This document shows, one piece after another, positions 48,985 to 61,334 of a DNA stretch of 64,000 nt. The position numbers were made by a program, and so were the translations under genes. The notes below the pieces were generated by a model. It searched no databases and had not been told where the DNA came from. It worked only from the letters and a program-made list of their open reading frames with translations. The DNA is from Monocercomonoides exilis PA203 (Eukaryota > Protista > Preaxostyla). The stretch lies in NCBI GenBank assembly GCA_001643675.2, contig LSRY02000038.1, positions 1-64,000 of the forward strand, read 5' to 3'. Within the stretch, counting starts at the first letter, position 1. Each line of letters starts with the position of its first letter.

Positions 48985-51624
48985 TTAGGTTAAACTTTTT
49001 TTTCTAACCAAACCTAAACTTGGTGGTGGTTTCTTCATTATCTTTTTCTTTTTTATCAACACTTGAATATGATCATTGATGTGTTGTCTTTTTCGAAATG
49101 GAAAATGTTTTACTATATCTGATGCTCTTTTTCCGTAATCATACATTTCCTTTACTATTTTGTCATCTTCATCTGACCACCTAATTCTTTTCAAATTATT
49201 TTCTCATTTCTTTCTCTTTCACTGAAACTTTTCTTTCCTGTGTTTTCTTTCCCATTTTCTATTATTTCTTTCTCGGCTGTCTTTTTATTTTCTTCATTCT
49301 CATCTATTCTTTGATTCTCATCTACAACCTTTTCTTTTTTCGAATATTTGCGGACATCATCTTTTGATATTTTCTTTTCTGCCAACCCGCAAAATTCGTC
49401 TGCAACTTCAATCGGGTCTGCACCACAATTTTCAATTCTGTCGCGAATGTATATTCGTGTTGTGTAAATGTACGCAGAGCCTTTGTAGCGCAATGCGTGC
49501 TTTTTGTCTCCAAAACCTTTAGAATTCCTGAACACATCTTCTGAGTATTTCTTCAAACTTTTTTTCATCATACACATCTTCATCGACCTACTTCTTCGAT
49601 ATCTTATACTCTTTGCTCTCTCAACCACATCTGTTCCGAAGAATTTTTTCATTCTTTCAATCACTTTTTCTTCAAACATTCTCATGGGTGCACTCATCTT
49701 ATCTGAAACACGCAACTCTATCCCATGGAAAGCTTCGAGCCCCAACATAGTCTTATCTATCTCACTCAGCTTCTTTCCTTCTTCATCTTCATTCACCAAT
49801 CTCGACGACACTATCACTCGTCTTGCGACTTTTTTTATATAGCCCATCTGGGCTAATCTATATGGAACCCAGCCCGCAATGAGAGCTGTGGACTCCAGCA
49901 TAGCCTTTTGTTCCACTTTGTTTGTTCCTGCTTTTATCAATGCTGTACATATGAAACCACTCCGCAATGAGTGAAAACAAAATAAACTTCTGGGGTAGCC
50001 AGCTTGTTCGGCTCTTGCTTTGAACCTTTCCCTCATTGCATCTGTTGAAAGTGTAAACAAGGTTTGGTTCAAATCATCTTCTTTCTTTTTCAATTCAAAT
50101 TCGCTTATTTTAAAGTTTATTTTTTTTTTTGTAAATAAGCTGAAAGCCAGTAAACTGCATCTGTTGATTTTCCCTCTTCTTCCTGACCTTCAATTGTAAT
50201 TTCATGGTTCCAATTTGAAGAACCCTTCGTTCTGTTGTATCGAAGTGTGACCAACAGTTTTCCGCTTTCGTTGGAACTCATTACACGAACAATATCAGAC
50301 AAAAGAACGCTTGAGAGCGTAATTGCTCTGGCACCTGTTTGAACAGACATTAGATACATCGCTGCCTCCATCTCTTTTGAGTCAAGAACATTGGGTACAA
50401 AACTAATTACCCTTTCTTCATCGAGCAACAACGCTGGCTCCCTCTCCTTTCCCATCTTTTTAACCTCTTTATCATATCTTAGGAAGCAAATCGCGTCATC
50501 CATAGCTGCAACTGTTTTCTTGTTCAACTTTCTGCTTCTTCTTTCAATACTCATTCTTTTTATTGAGTGAACAATAACGTGGACAATGGAGGTGAGGGAA
50601 TACTTGTACTCCTTTCCACAAAACAGCACAAACCCTCTGACCACATTCCATTCCAACGGCCACACTCTTCTCTCAACCTTCTCGCACCATCTGGTTAAAA
50701 GTCTCTCCACCCAAACGTGTTTTTTTATTGTCGACAAAGATAATAAAGGAGCAGTTCCCATGTACTTCAATGCACCTTCCTTTCCAACTCTCTCGAGAGC
50801 CAAATCCATTCTTGTTGGTCTCGAAGAAATCGGAGTTCTCAATGCACTTGGTGATGTGAAACTACTATCGCCACTGCTGCTGTTGCTGCTTGACGCTGAC
50901 TCTTGTTGCAATGAAGTTGCTTTGCCCGAGTAATCACATTCCATTTCTGAACTTTCCACGTGTTCATCATCACTGTCGTCAACGAGATTTGCGAGAATGC
51001 TTTCAATTGCTTCTTTGTTTAATTTTTCAATTACTTTTTCATCATATCCGTCAAGAATGTCATCTTCCAAATATCCATCATCGCCGCTTTCTTCGATTTC
51101 TTCATTTTCTTTTTCATCGCTTTCGTCATCAAATATATCATCGTTGCAATTCTCTGATTGTTGACAAAGAGAATCAGTGCAAATAACGCGCGAAGTCTTT
51201 GGCGTGGCTGTGGCATCCATAACCTCATATGAAGAGCTTTGTCTGCTCAATTCTTTTCTCATTGGAGTAGAGTGTGTCGTGTTTGAAGAGTTGTTTGGTG
51301 ATTTTGAAGATGTCGATAAAGGAGAATGATGTGTCTTTTTCTGTTGAGATCGTGGATTAGGAGGAGTGAGTAATTGTTGAACAAAGGATATCATTTTCTT
51401 TGCCACTTCATTTTTGCTTACGAAATCATCATTTGGAGGATGAAGTTGAGAATGCTTTTTTCTTTTTTCACTCGTCTAACATGAATGTTATCAAGTTGTT
51501 TTGTTTTTTTGAAGTAAAATAAAACCAATAATAATCTAATAAAAAGTGATAATCAAACATTCATTTGATATGAAACTATTTGTCTGTCATTTTCATTCGA
51601 TTTTTCATTTTTATAAAAACTCAT
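48985..51624 (-). pseudogene. Tyrosine recombinase-Myb fusion, copy 4; two frameshifts in A-runs (pseudogene or assembly error)
   Basis: Exon 1 (51624-51559) plus an 83-nt GTTTG..TTAG intron (51558-51476) joins in frame to ORF 50117-51406 (TGAR, RTKG). ORF 49191-50093 carries HSLR, IAGW and MGYI. ORF 48985-49194 is Myb-like (RWSDEDDKIV..). Breaks fall at A11 (~50120-50130) and A4 (~49200). Confidence 0.8.
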
Positions 51625-54600
51625 CTGAATCTGTGTTAATTGTTAAAAATGTTTAGAGATAGCATTCAGATTATCAACATTTGCATATTCAATAATTAAC
51701 AAACTGTTTTATCAACTGTACATGAAGTTTTTTGTATTTCCATTTGTTCATAATCATTTTCACTCATTACAGAACCAAAACTCGATTCTGTGTTGTTGTT
51801 AACGTTGTTAATAGAATTGGTCTCACTCATTATATACAAAAGACTGTATACTAAAAAAGATTTTTAAAATTGAAATCCAAAATTTTTCATTATGGTTCAT
51901 GAAAAGCATAAGATAATAGTTGAATATTCATTAAAAACAAATCTGTAATTATAATATTCATAAATTGTGATATCATATGATCATATTTTCATTTAAAATA
52001 CTTGTAAAAAAGTGTAAAATCGTTTTGCAGTTATGTTCTGCTTTGATTACTCCAAATCCACAGATGAAATGAGATAGTCAATTGATTTGGGCAGCCAAAA
52101 AAAATAAACAAAAATCTCCAATAAATTATTATTTTAACTTTTGTCACAACATTTAACAGAGGAATAATAAAGTTGCAATATTTTAATTTTATCATTTGAT
52201 TCTATTTCAAACGAGATTATTGAACCTGTTATCAAAAACATGAACAATGATTTCAAATATTTATTTTACAAAATCGTTGCAAGCATGTTTAGAATGGGAT
52301 TAAAAAAAATGATGCATCAAAACGAAAAGCAAAATTCCAAAAACCAAATGTTGAGAGATAATGATGATAAATGAAAGATTTATATTGATTAAAGTTATTT
52401 TCTTTTTAATTCAAGAAAAAAAAGGCTTCTGTGTATTTTCAGAAGATTCATCTTTGAATTTTTTAATTTTTGCGATCTATCAATGGTTGAAGTTTCAATC
52501 GAATCAATTAATATATTTCAATTGTTAAGCAGAATACAATATAGAAATTTTGATATGTTAAATTCTAATCAAATCGAATTCTTTTCGAATGACTATTATT
52601 TTACAAAAAAAGTTGATAGAAAATTTATAAAAATGAAATCAAATATGCAACAGTCTCACAACACAATCACAAAAACATCCAGAATGCATTTTCAATAAGA
52701 CATTATCTGAATGTGATAATTCGATGGATACAATGTGTATCAAAATGCTTTTGTTGTGACTAAGAAATTATTTCGAACAAATCAGAGAAATTTTCAATTT
52801 CATAATATAATATATAATGATAAATTACAAACTTTATTTGTTTCTTTTCAAAAAACTGTTTCACTTGATGAAAAGATTGATTTTCAAATATCACAAATTA
52901 ACTTTTGAGTGAAAAAGATGAATATGAAAATTTAGTTGTGGGATTGATCACAAAAATTTTTTTGCAGAAATTTTTGTCAAAGAATCAAAAAACTGCTCCA
53001 CCCAAAAGTGTCAGTTTTTAATAATATTCTTTTCTATTTTGTTGAAATGAAAAAAACCTTGATACAGAAGGAGGTGTTTTTAAGCAGTTATTCCGATCGC
53101 ATTGTTCACTTCTTACTTCTTTTTTCAGTGCTTCATTCTCATAGGACTATAACCATTGCGAATACTCCACATCCTTTTCCTCAAAAAAGAAGCATCTGTC
53201 AATAAATATTCGAAAGATAAAGCTTTTAAATTAATAACAAACTTCTTCTGAAAAGTTTCAACTATTTTCATATTAAACAAAGGAAAATTCATAAAAAAGC
53301 ATCCGTGAATCAATAGTTCTTTTGTCTATTAATTGTCTCATTTCGATATCAAGTGAAAATTTATTCTTGTACGGAAGAAAACTTAAATAATAAAAAAGCA
53401 AATCTAAATTTAATTACCAAAAAATCTCACTTCCTGATCTTCACGCCAAACGATTGCTTTTATGAAGTTCGAAAATAAAAAATTTTGCCAGAGTGCTGTT
53501 GACTTTGTGAACAATGGAAAAATATTTTTTCTAAATATTTCATTGTATATCGTCAGGTTCAACATAGTTTGCTGCACAATGTTGCATATACATTTCTTCT
53601 TCAGGCGCTCGAAACCAATTCGCAAGCAAATTTGCACTTCAAAAAGTTGCTTCTTTTAAAAGTGCTAAAAATTCGAAGTGAAAATAAACAGTATAAAATA
53701 GAATTATAACGAAAAATAAAACAAACCCACCACAGTGCAAGTTTGGAAGCACTGTCTGCAGCCAGAAAGCAAGATGAATATGCAAAGCGGAAGGAGATAG
53801 CTCAACGTATCTCCTTTGCTTTTTGTGCATATTAAGGGGAGATCACAAAATTTTTCCAAATAAAATCAGAAATTTTTAATTGAGAATTTCGATAAAAATT
53901 AATAAATAACATTTTTGCAAATAGATAATTATGAATAAACATGAATATACTAAAAATTCATAATGTTCAAGTTTCATAAAATTATTTATTGTGATTGAGA
54001 CTCCACAAAATGAATATAAACATTCTTCAAATATATTTTTCATAACAAAGTCAAAAAAAATAATATTCAAAAGATTTATCACATTGGAAACAGAAAAAAA
54101 AAATCTTTGTCATAATAATCCAATCAATAACAACCCCCTTCAAATATGATTTCACATATTCTCCGAATCCTAATTTGTTTTGAAAAAACAATACATATAT
54201 CAATTGTCAATCTTCGATTAAGTTTAAATTATGTTTCAATAATATTTCATTACTGTTAGGGTTATTTTTTCAAGAAATCAAAATAGATAAATTTTATATT
54301 CGAATCACTTTATTTCATCTTTGGTAAACTGTTAATTCTCAACAAATAAGAAACAGTTTTTCGACAAATTTGAATATGTGTCTAAAATCTTTTGAAAAGT
54401 TCCTTTTGTTTAATAAAAAAAAAAAAAACAAATTATTCTTGTTTTTTTCAGATTTTTATTCGCACTTTAGAAACTTTTGTGAAATGAAAATAATTACATT
54501 GTTAAGTTTCGGTTTCCATTTCAGTGAAGTTTTATTTGTGGGAACGGAAATTTGATGAAAAGAAAAATTTTTATTCTATATGAAAATTAATAAAAAAAAC

Positions 54601-55099
54601 TTTTCAAATAATCATGGACATGCTTTGATTCAAATGTATTTATTTGTGAAGCAAACATGTTCAACAACCATTGGTATTTTTGCCTTTCTGCAGACATAGT
54701 GAAATACTTCAAACCAAAAATGAAAAAAAACGAAAATTCAAATTTTTTTATGTTTTCAAAAGAAATTTTTTTCTTTGACTGAGTATTTTTTCAATCAGAT
54801 AAAAGTATCAACGAAAAAATGAAATATTACAAATATTGACTATATTCATTCATAACTCTCAAAAAAAGTTATATATTTATTGTGTGAAAAACAAAAGAGC
54901 ACAAACAGAAAATAAAAATGACAATAACTTTTATCGAATTTGTTGTTTAATATTCATTCGAACATCAAACAAACTTTCATTTGGACTGGACACTTTTTTA
55001 ATAGCACATTGACATAATTCCAGATTATAATTTGATAATATAAATAAAATAATCCACGGTGTTGAACAAAAATTTGTCATTTTTTTTATTAACATTATT

Positions 55100-57100
55100 G
55101 AGATAATGTTAAAGTTTCTCTCAGTGAGATCACATTTCCAAGAAACTTTTTCATTTTCTCTTTCTTCGCAACAATCTTCCGATTCAGAAACTGAAGCATT
55201 GTGAACATCATTCTTCAACTATTTCAGAACTTCAGAAGAAAAGTTGTCGAAGTCTACTTCGTTTTCTTTCTTTTTCATTTTCTTTATAATATTTCGAACG
55301 CTATCACTTAAATAATTAGCAAATCTGATCTTCAATTCTCCGCTAATTTTTTCGAAAGTTTTTCCATCAAGAACTCCTTTATCAAAGGATCATTCTCATT
55401 TCTTGTTTATTTTTTTCTTGATGAGCATTTCATGATTGGGTTAATATCCTTTTTTTCTCTCAATTTGATTTTTGGAGAAATGATTTGACCACTTATTCGA
55501 GTTTTCCGTACAATATACCTAAAATAGATGCCAAAAAATACACATGCAAGTGAAATAATGATATGATCTGCTTTGATAAATTTGATTCACATAAATTTCA
55601 TTCAAGCTTGAAGAACAATTTCATTTTTCCTTTTTTGAATGTGACAATGTTGAATGTTTTTTCTGGCTGTCATTTGCTGATGTTTTGATTGAATAAATTT
55701 GGATTTGCATGTTGAAACAATCAAATTAAATTATTTGCTTACAAATAATCTGAATTCATCCATAATGCTCTCCGCTTTCCATTCGATTTTCTTTATGTTA
55801 ATGTTATGAAATATGGCTGATTTTTTTACTAGTTTTGTTCAGTGGGAACATTTGTCTCCGAAACTTCATTTGGAAAATCAGTAAAGTTTCTTTAAATAAA
55901 GTTTATCTTGTTTTGATCATTCGCTTTCCCTCCAAGGCGCCTTTAAACTTCTTGATTGCTCAATTAAAAACAGTCTCTAAAACTCTTTTATTTTTTTCGA
56001 ATTTATCTCTAAGTTTTTTCTAATTTTTGTATTTATACAAAGAACGCAGAGAACAAAATTATAACTTTTTTCTGAATCATCTTCACGTTCTGTCCGCTTG
56101 AACATCTGATCTCTCGTCTCATATTATTTAATTCACCAAAGAAAATGAGATTCAAATTCTCCCAAATTCCAAGTGTCGAATGAAGCCAAAAATAATTCAT
56201 TTTGGATTACCAAATTCTCCTCCAGCCACCATATCACGTTTTAATTGTTCTTTTCTTTGATATCACTTTTTACTGTGTCACAGTGATCATCGTTTCTGAT
56301 TCCCTTTCCACATGAAAAATTAATTGTTAATTTTGCTATTGATAAACCGCCTTTTTGAAACACTCTGACAATATTTCGCAGACGAATTCTTGAGCATGTC
56401 AGACTTCTTGCACAGGTGGCAAGAGCAAAAAGAAACGGAGAAGCCTTTCTCAGCTTTTCTGCTGTCCAATCCGGAATGCAAGAATGGATTTTTTCTAAGT
56501 CCCGAACAATAAGCTGTTCTTTATGTTTTGTGACACATTGAAACTCCTCCAATTCGTCATTATCAAACATTTGATCTCTTTGAAATCGAATTTCTGCTAT
56601 TGCCAATAGTGCCATCTTTCTAACTTCTTGTGTGACAATTTCTTTATTCGATACCATGAACAATAATGTGATGACGGAAGAATTGAATCTCCCAAACTAT
56701 AAATAAAATATCCAACCGCAGCTTCTAACAGTTTGATAAAACTGTATGCAGCATCGATGTTGAGTTGCCAATGCTCGTGTTTAATTATTCTTCAAAAGAA
56801 AACAAGCATTACATGCACCTAAGCGTGTGTTTTTTTCTTCTCCTTGCTAATTGAAAGGCCTGTTTGAAGATAAGGTTCAAATGTCTCTCTGTTGAATGTT
56901 CGGAGTGCAAATGAAAATATTGTTGAGCTTGATATCTATTCTTTGGGAAGTGCCAACAGGGTCTTCACAAGCTGGAGTATGCAATTTCAAATTTTTCAAA
57001 ACAACTCCTGTATAGCTGTTAATATTCAACTTTGAAAACTGTTGATTTAATTCATTTTCGTTAAAAAATGTTATATGGATGATTATTTTGAAAGCATATT
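55100..57100 (-). pseudogene. Tyrosine recombinase-Myb fusion, copy 5, heavily decayed (copy 2/3 subfamily)
   Basis: ORF 56241-56663 reads KEQLIVRDLE..CIPDW..FALATCARS..CGKGIRNDDHC. Downstream remnants include NVIWWLEE and CSLRS (degenerate HSLRS). A Myb remnant GVLDGKTFEKISGELKIR..DSVRNIIKK lies at ~55270-55380. Many stops and indels. Confidence 0.8.
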
Positions 57101-58231
57101 TTTTCATTCAAAAATTTCGGTCTAAAAATTTCTGTTGAATATTAACCAATGAACATTGAAAAGTGTAAAGGTATATTGATGACATTTTTATCTTTAATTT
57201 GGAAATATCATTTGTTTTTGAAACAGTAGTTATAATTTTAGCAAGAGAATACAAAATCTCATCCCATTGACAAACAATCTTTAAAAAATCAATTCCCCGA
57301 AAAAAGATATGATTTCAAAAATAATGACCCATATTTCAAATTTTTACCGACTGATAAAAAAGATTCTATATTTTAAACTAATAATTTTTAACTCCACAAT
57401 TATCTGCATATGGGGGGAAATGCGAAATTTCAAACTATTTTTGTACAAAGCAGGAAAAAATTGATTCACTCATAACTTTATTCCTCGTTCTCAGATTTCG
57501 AAACAAATTTGATTATCATATCTGAAAACAAGCATCGTTGAAATGGAAAAAAATAAGTTTTTTAACATTTTACGAATGTCAAAAAATAGACAGTTTTTTT
57601 TTTGTGTGTGTGTGTTTTTTGATAAAAAAAATTCAACGAAAAGTGCATAATTTTTCTATGAAAATGCCTGAAGTGATATAATATACCACATTTGAATTGC
57701 ATTCATTTAAAAAAAAAAGTGAAGAAAATTTTTGGGTCATGAGATTTGCTGATATCTTTGAAGGTTTTTTTCTCATTGAGAATAGATGACAAAATGAATT
57801 TTTATTTATATATTATGTATTATTTAATAATTATTACTTTGAAGAAGAAATTGAATTATCGAATGATTGAATTTTTTGTTGATAAATTTTATTTGAAGAA
57901 GAAGAAGAATTGTTAATTTTTGTTGATTGTTTATTTTCAGTCGAAGATGATGACGATTTTATTTGTTCTTTATTGATAATTGAATCTGTAAATTTTTTTG
58001 GATATCGAACCTGTAAATTTTTTTTGACAACGTTCTTTATCCTTTGATAGATCAATAATATAACTATCAATTTCATTTTCACAAATTTGAATATTATCAA
58101 TTTTGGAAACAAATAATTATTTAAGTTTGTTTTTGTTTATAGATGAATACATATTATTTTTAGAAGTAAAATTGTGAAATGAAAAAAACCTTTCATTGTA
58201 GGAAACTAGTTCTTTATTGAAACTGTTTAAT

Positions 58232-58312
58232 GAAGAAGAAGAAGAAGAAGAAGAAGAAGGAAGAAGGAAGATGGAAGATGGAAGATGGAAGAAGGAAGAT
58301 GGAAGAATGAAG
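58232..58312. repeat. (GAA)n plus GGAAGAT-type microsatellite
   Basis: Direct inspection. Confidence 0.8.
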
Positions 58313-60663
58313 AATAAATAGAAGTTGTTTCAAATGAAGAAAAAGATTTAAGTAATTGATTTGAAGGAAGTTGAAGATGGTTATATTTTTTTGGATTTAT
58401 TTGAAACAAAATATTTATTAATAGAATAGCCTTCAGAACTTAAAGTATTTTTCATTTTTCGGAGTTTGTGATTAATAATATCATTCTGGGCAACATTCAC
58501 TTCATTTTTGGCAACATTCATTTCATTATATATGCTTGTGGTTCCAATTCCATCATTGATCATTAATGTTGTTTGCTCGCAAGGAAAAAACAGCAATGAA
58601 AAAGATGGTTAATTTCTATTAGTTCCTTCACTAGAATAAGCATGCGCCACTACAGAATACAGCTCTCCAACTTTTGATAACATTTTATTTTGTTTCAAAT
58701 AAAAATCACCAAAAAAAATGCGATCTATTAATATAATGATGTAAAAAAATTTATTAGAAATTCGATTTTTTTATTTAAATTCAAAATAAATTCATATTTG
58801 AAACTTTCAACACAAAATATGAACAATATGATTATTATGATTTGAAAAATAAAAGGAAGAAATAACAAAATATAAAAACATTTCTTGCGAAGCATTTGGC
58901 AGAGAACACAAGTCGAATAGAAAATGAGCTAAGCGAATTTTCAACGAGACTTATGATCGCATTCCAAAAGTGAAAGATGATGTTGAATAGCTTGCAATCA
59001 CACTGCTATTACATATTTTTCCCCAAAGAAAAAGTACAACTGACCCATCCAAATTTCTGATTTTAATGTATTATTCTCATTCTCCACTCAAAAAAATCAT
59101 GTTTTTTCAAAAAAACGACCTTCTTTTTTCTTCATCATTTTTTTTCAACTTATTTTTGTTTTAAAGCTATTTCCACCCTCTATCCATCCCACCATGTCTC
59201 AACAGTCGCACACATCCCATTCTCAAGTTATGATTTTTTTTTTTTTTTTTGATTTCTCCTCTCTCTGGCACATTCAAAACTCCTCTTTTTTTTTGAACCT
59301 GAGTTTTTGTCTCAGGCAAAAACCGAGCGAATAAGTTGGAATTGACTAAATGACATTATTAAATATTTAGTCTGGAAAAATATTTTTCCAAAATATTTAT
59401 CGATTATTATGTTATTGTGATTCATTTAAAGATCTGATTTTAAAAAAATGAACATTATTTTTCCATTTGCACTTTCCTGTAACGTCTCCACTATCCCTCC
59501 AGCCCCGCACATCAATCGCAGAATAAAAGCGAGTGGCGGGGTGGAAGGTATGATGGTGGAGTTAAACATAGTTAAAAAGAAAGGGGATCGTACCAGAGAA
59601 CCCAGAGATTTTCTTTTTTTATTTTCATTTTTCTATGAAAAACATCTCATTTTTGACTTTTTTTCCAATAAACACGAAACACCAAGTTTTTGTTTTTTTT
59701 TCATTTTTTCTAAAAAATTTTGGTTAATGCGTGGTGGGGTGCTGGTCACATCCCCACCATTTGCTAAGATCACTTTTTCTTTATTCGCTCAAAAAAAAAA
59801 TTAAAATATTTATCATATTCACATCACAATCAATAATGACTTACTCTCATGCTTGTCTTATTTGTTCATTAAAACGTAAAACAATTGAAATGTTGAATAA
59901 CACACGTTTCAAAGATTCAGAAGGGAATAAATGTGTTCAAAAAATATCAAAATTGAAAAAAAGAAACGTTATGAATTTTTATCACCTAACATTTTTACAG
60001 AAAAAATTTTGAAGAAAATGAAACTCGTTTTCAAATAATAAATAAGATCTGTTGAATTTCCCTATTATTATAATTCCATAATCAGAATCTCAACATCGAT
60101 AATTTTATAACTGACATATATTTTGTTGGAATTTCTAATCAATTTGATAACTGTTTTTATTTGAAGTCTTCTAAATAAAAAGTTTAGTGATAATTTCAAA
60201 AGAACATTATCTTTAAAGAGAACCAATTCATGTAATGTTTTTCTTTGAATAAAGAAATAAATGAAAAGAAACAAAAGTTGAATAATAACCACTAATTTTT
60301 GTCAATTTTGAAAGAATTCTGATTCATTTCAAAAAAACAATCACAAAATCTAGTGAAATTATTTGAAATTGAGTTATCTTATTCAAAAAATCATTCTTCA
60401 TTTTATTATAATGAGTTTTTTTCTGTTAAATATATATCTTCATCAACAACCATTTTCTTGAAATAATAGAGCCCATTACCACTTTGAAAAAGTTTAAATT
60501 TTGATCAAGAAAAACCAAAATCATTTATGAATAATTAAAACTTTTTAAAAACTATTACCGGTTCTGATTTTTTTATAAAAAAAGTGGAAAATTGATGAAT
60601 GAGCTTTCAACGATAAAGAAAATAAATTACAAAGATTGTAGACGAAAAAAGAAATTAAAAATA

Positions 60664-60925
60664 AAAGAAAAAGAAAAAGAAGAAAAAGATAAAGAAGAGG
60701 AAGAAGAAGAAGAAAAAGAGGAAGAGGTTGAAGAAGGAAAAGGAGGAAGAAGAAGAAGAAGAGGAAGAAAAAGAAGAAAAAGAAAAAGAAGAAAAAGAAA
60801 AAGAAGAAAAAGAAAAAGAAAAAGAGGAAGAGGAAGAGGAAGAGGAAGAGGAAGAGGAAGAGGAAGAGGAAGAGGAAGAGGAAGAGGAAAAGGAAGAAGA
60901 AGAAGAAGAGGAGGAGGAGGAAGAG

Positions 60926-60972
<47 letters not shown>

Positions 60973-61120
60973 GGAAGAAGAGGAAGAAGAGGAAGAAGAG
61001 GAAGAAGAGGAAGAAGAGGAAGAAGAGGAAGAAGAGGAAGAAGAGGAAGAAGAGGAAGAAGAAGAAGAAGAGGAAGAAGAAGAAGAAGAGGAAGAAGAAG
61101 AAGAAGAGGAAGAGGAAGGT
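60664..61120. repeat. Long purine microsatellite (GAA/GAG; GAAAAA, GAGGAA and GAGGAAGAA units)
   Basis: About 450 bp almost free of pyrimidines. The poly-E, RG and poly-F ORFs are products of the repeat. Confidence 0.9.
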
Positions 61121-61334
61121 GAAGGAAAAAGAGTAATTGTTGTTGATGATGATGAAATTGTTGAAGGAGATAGATGAAGAATGAATTGTCATTGTCCGTA
61201 CCTATAAAAAAGACTCTTTTCTGCTTGTTATCAAATTCCTCCTCTCTTCTTCTTCTTCTTTTTCTTCTTCCTTCTTTTTCTAACTCAACAAAAACAATAT
61301 CCGAAAAGTCAGAAATATAAAAAGCTCTTTTGAT

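Noticed and set aside
13749-57100. Prophage integrases, bacterial contamination, or DIRS retrotransposons
   Set aside because: The genes are contiguous with a telomere, carry spliceosomal introns and eukaryotic Myb domains, and have no phage, RT or RNase H genes nearby.
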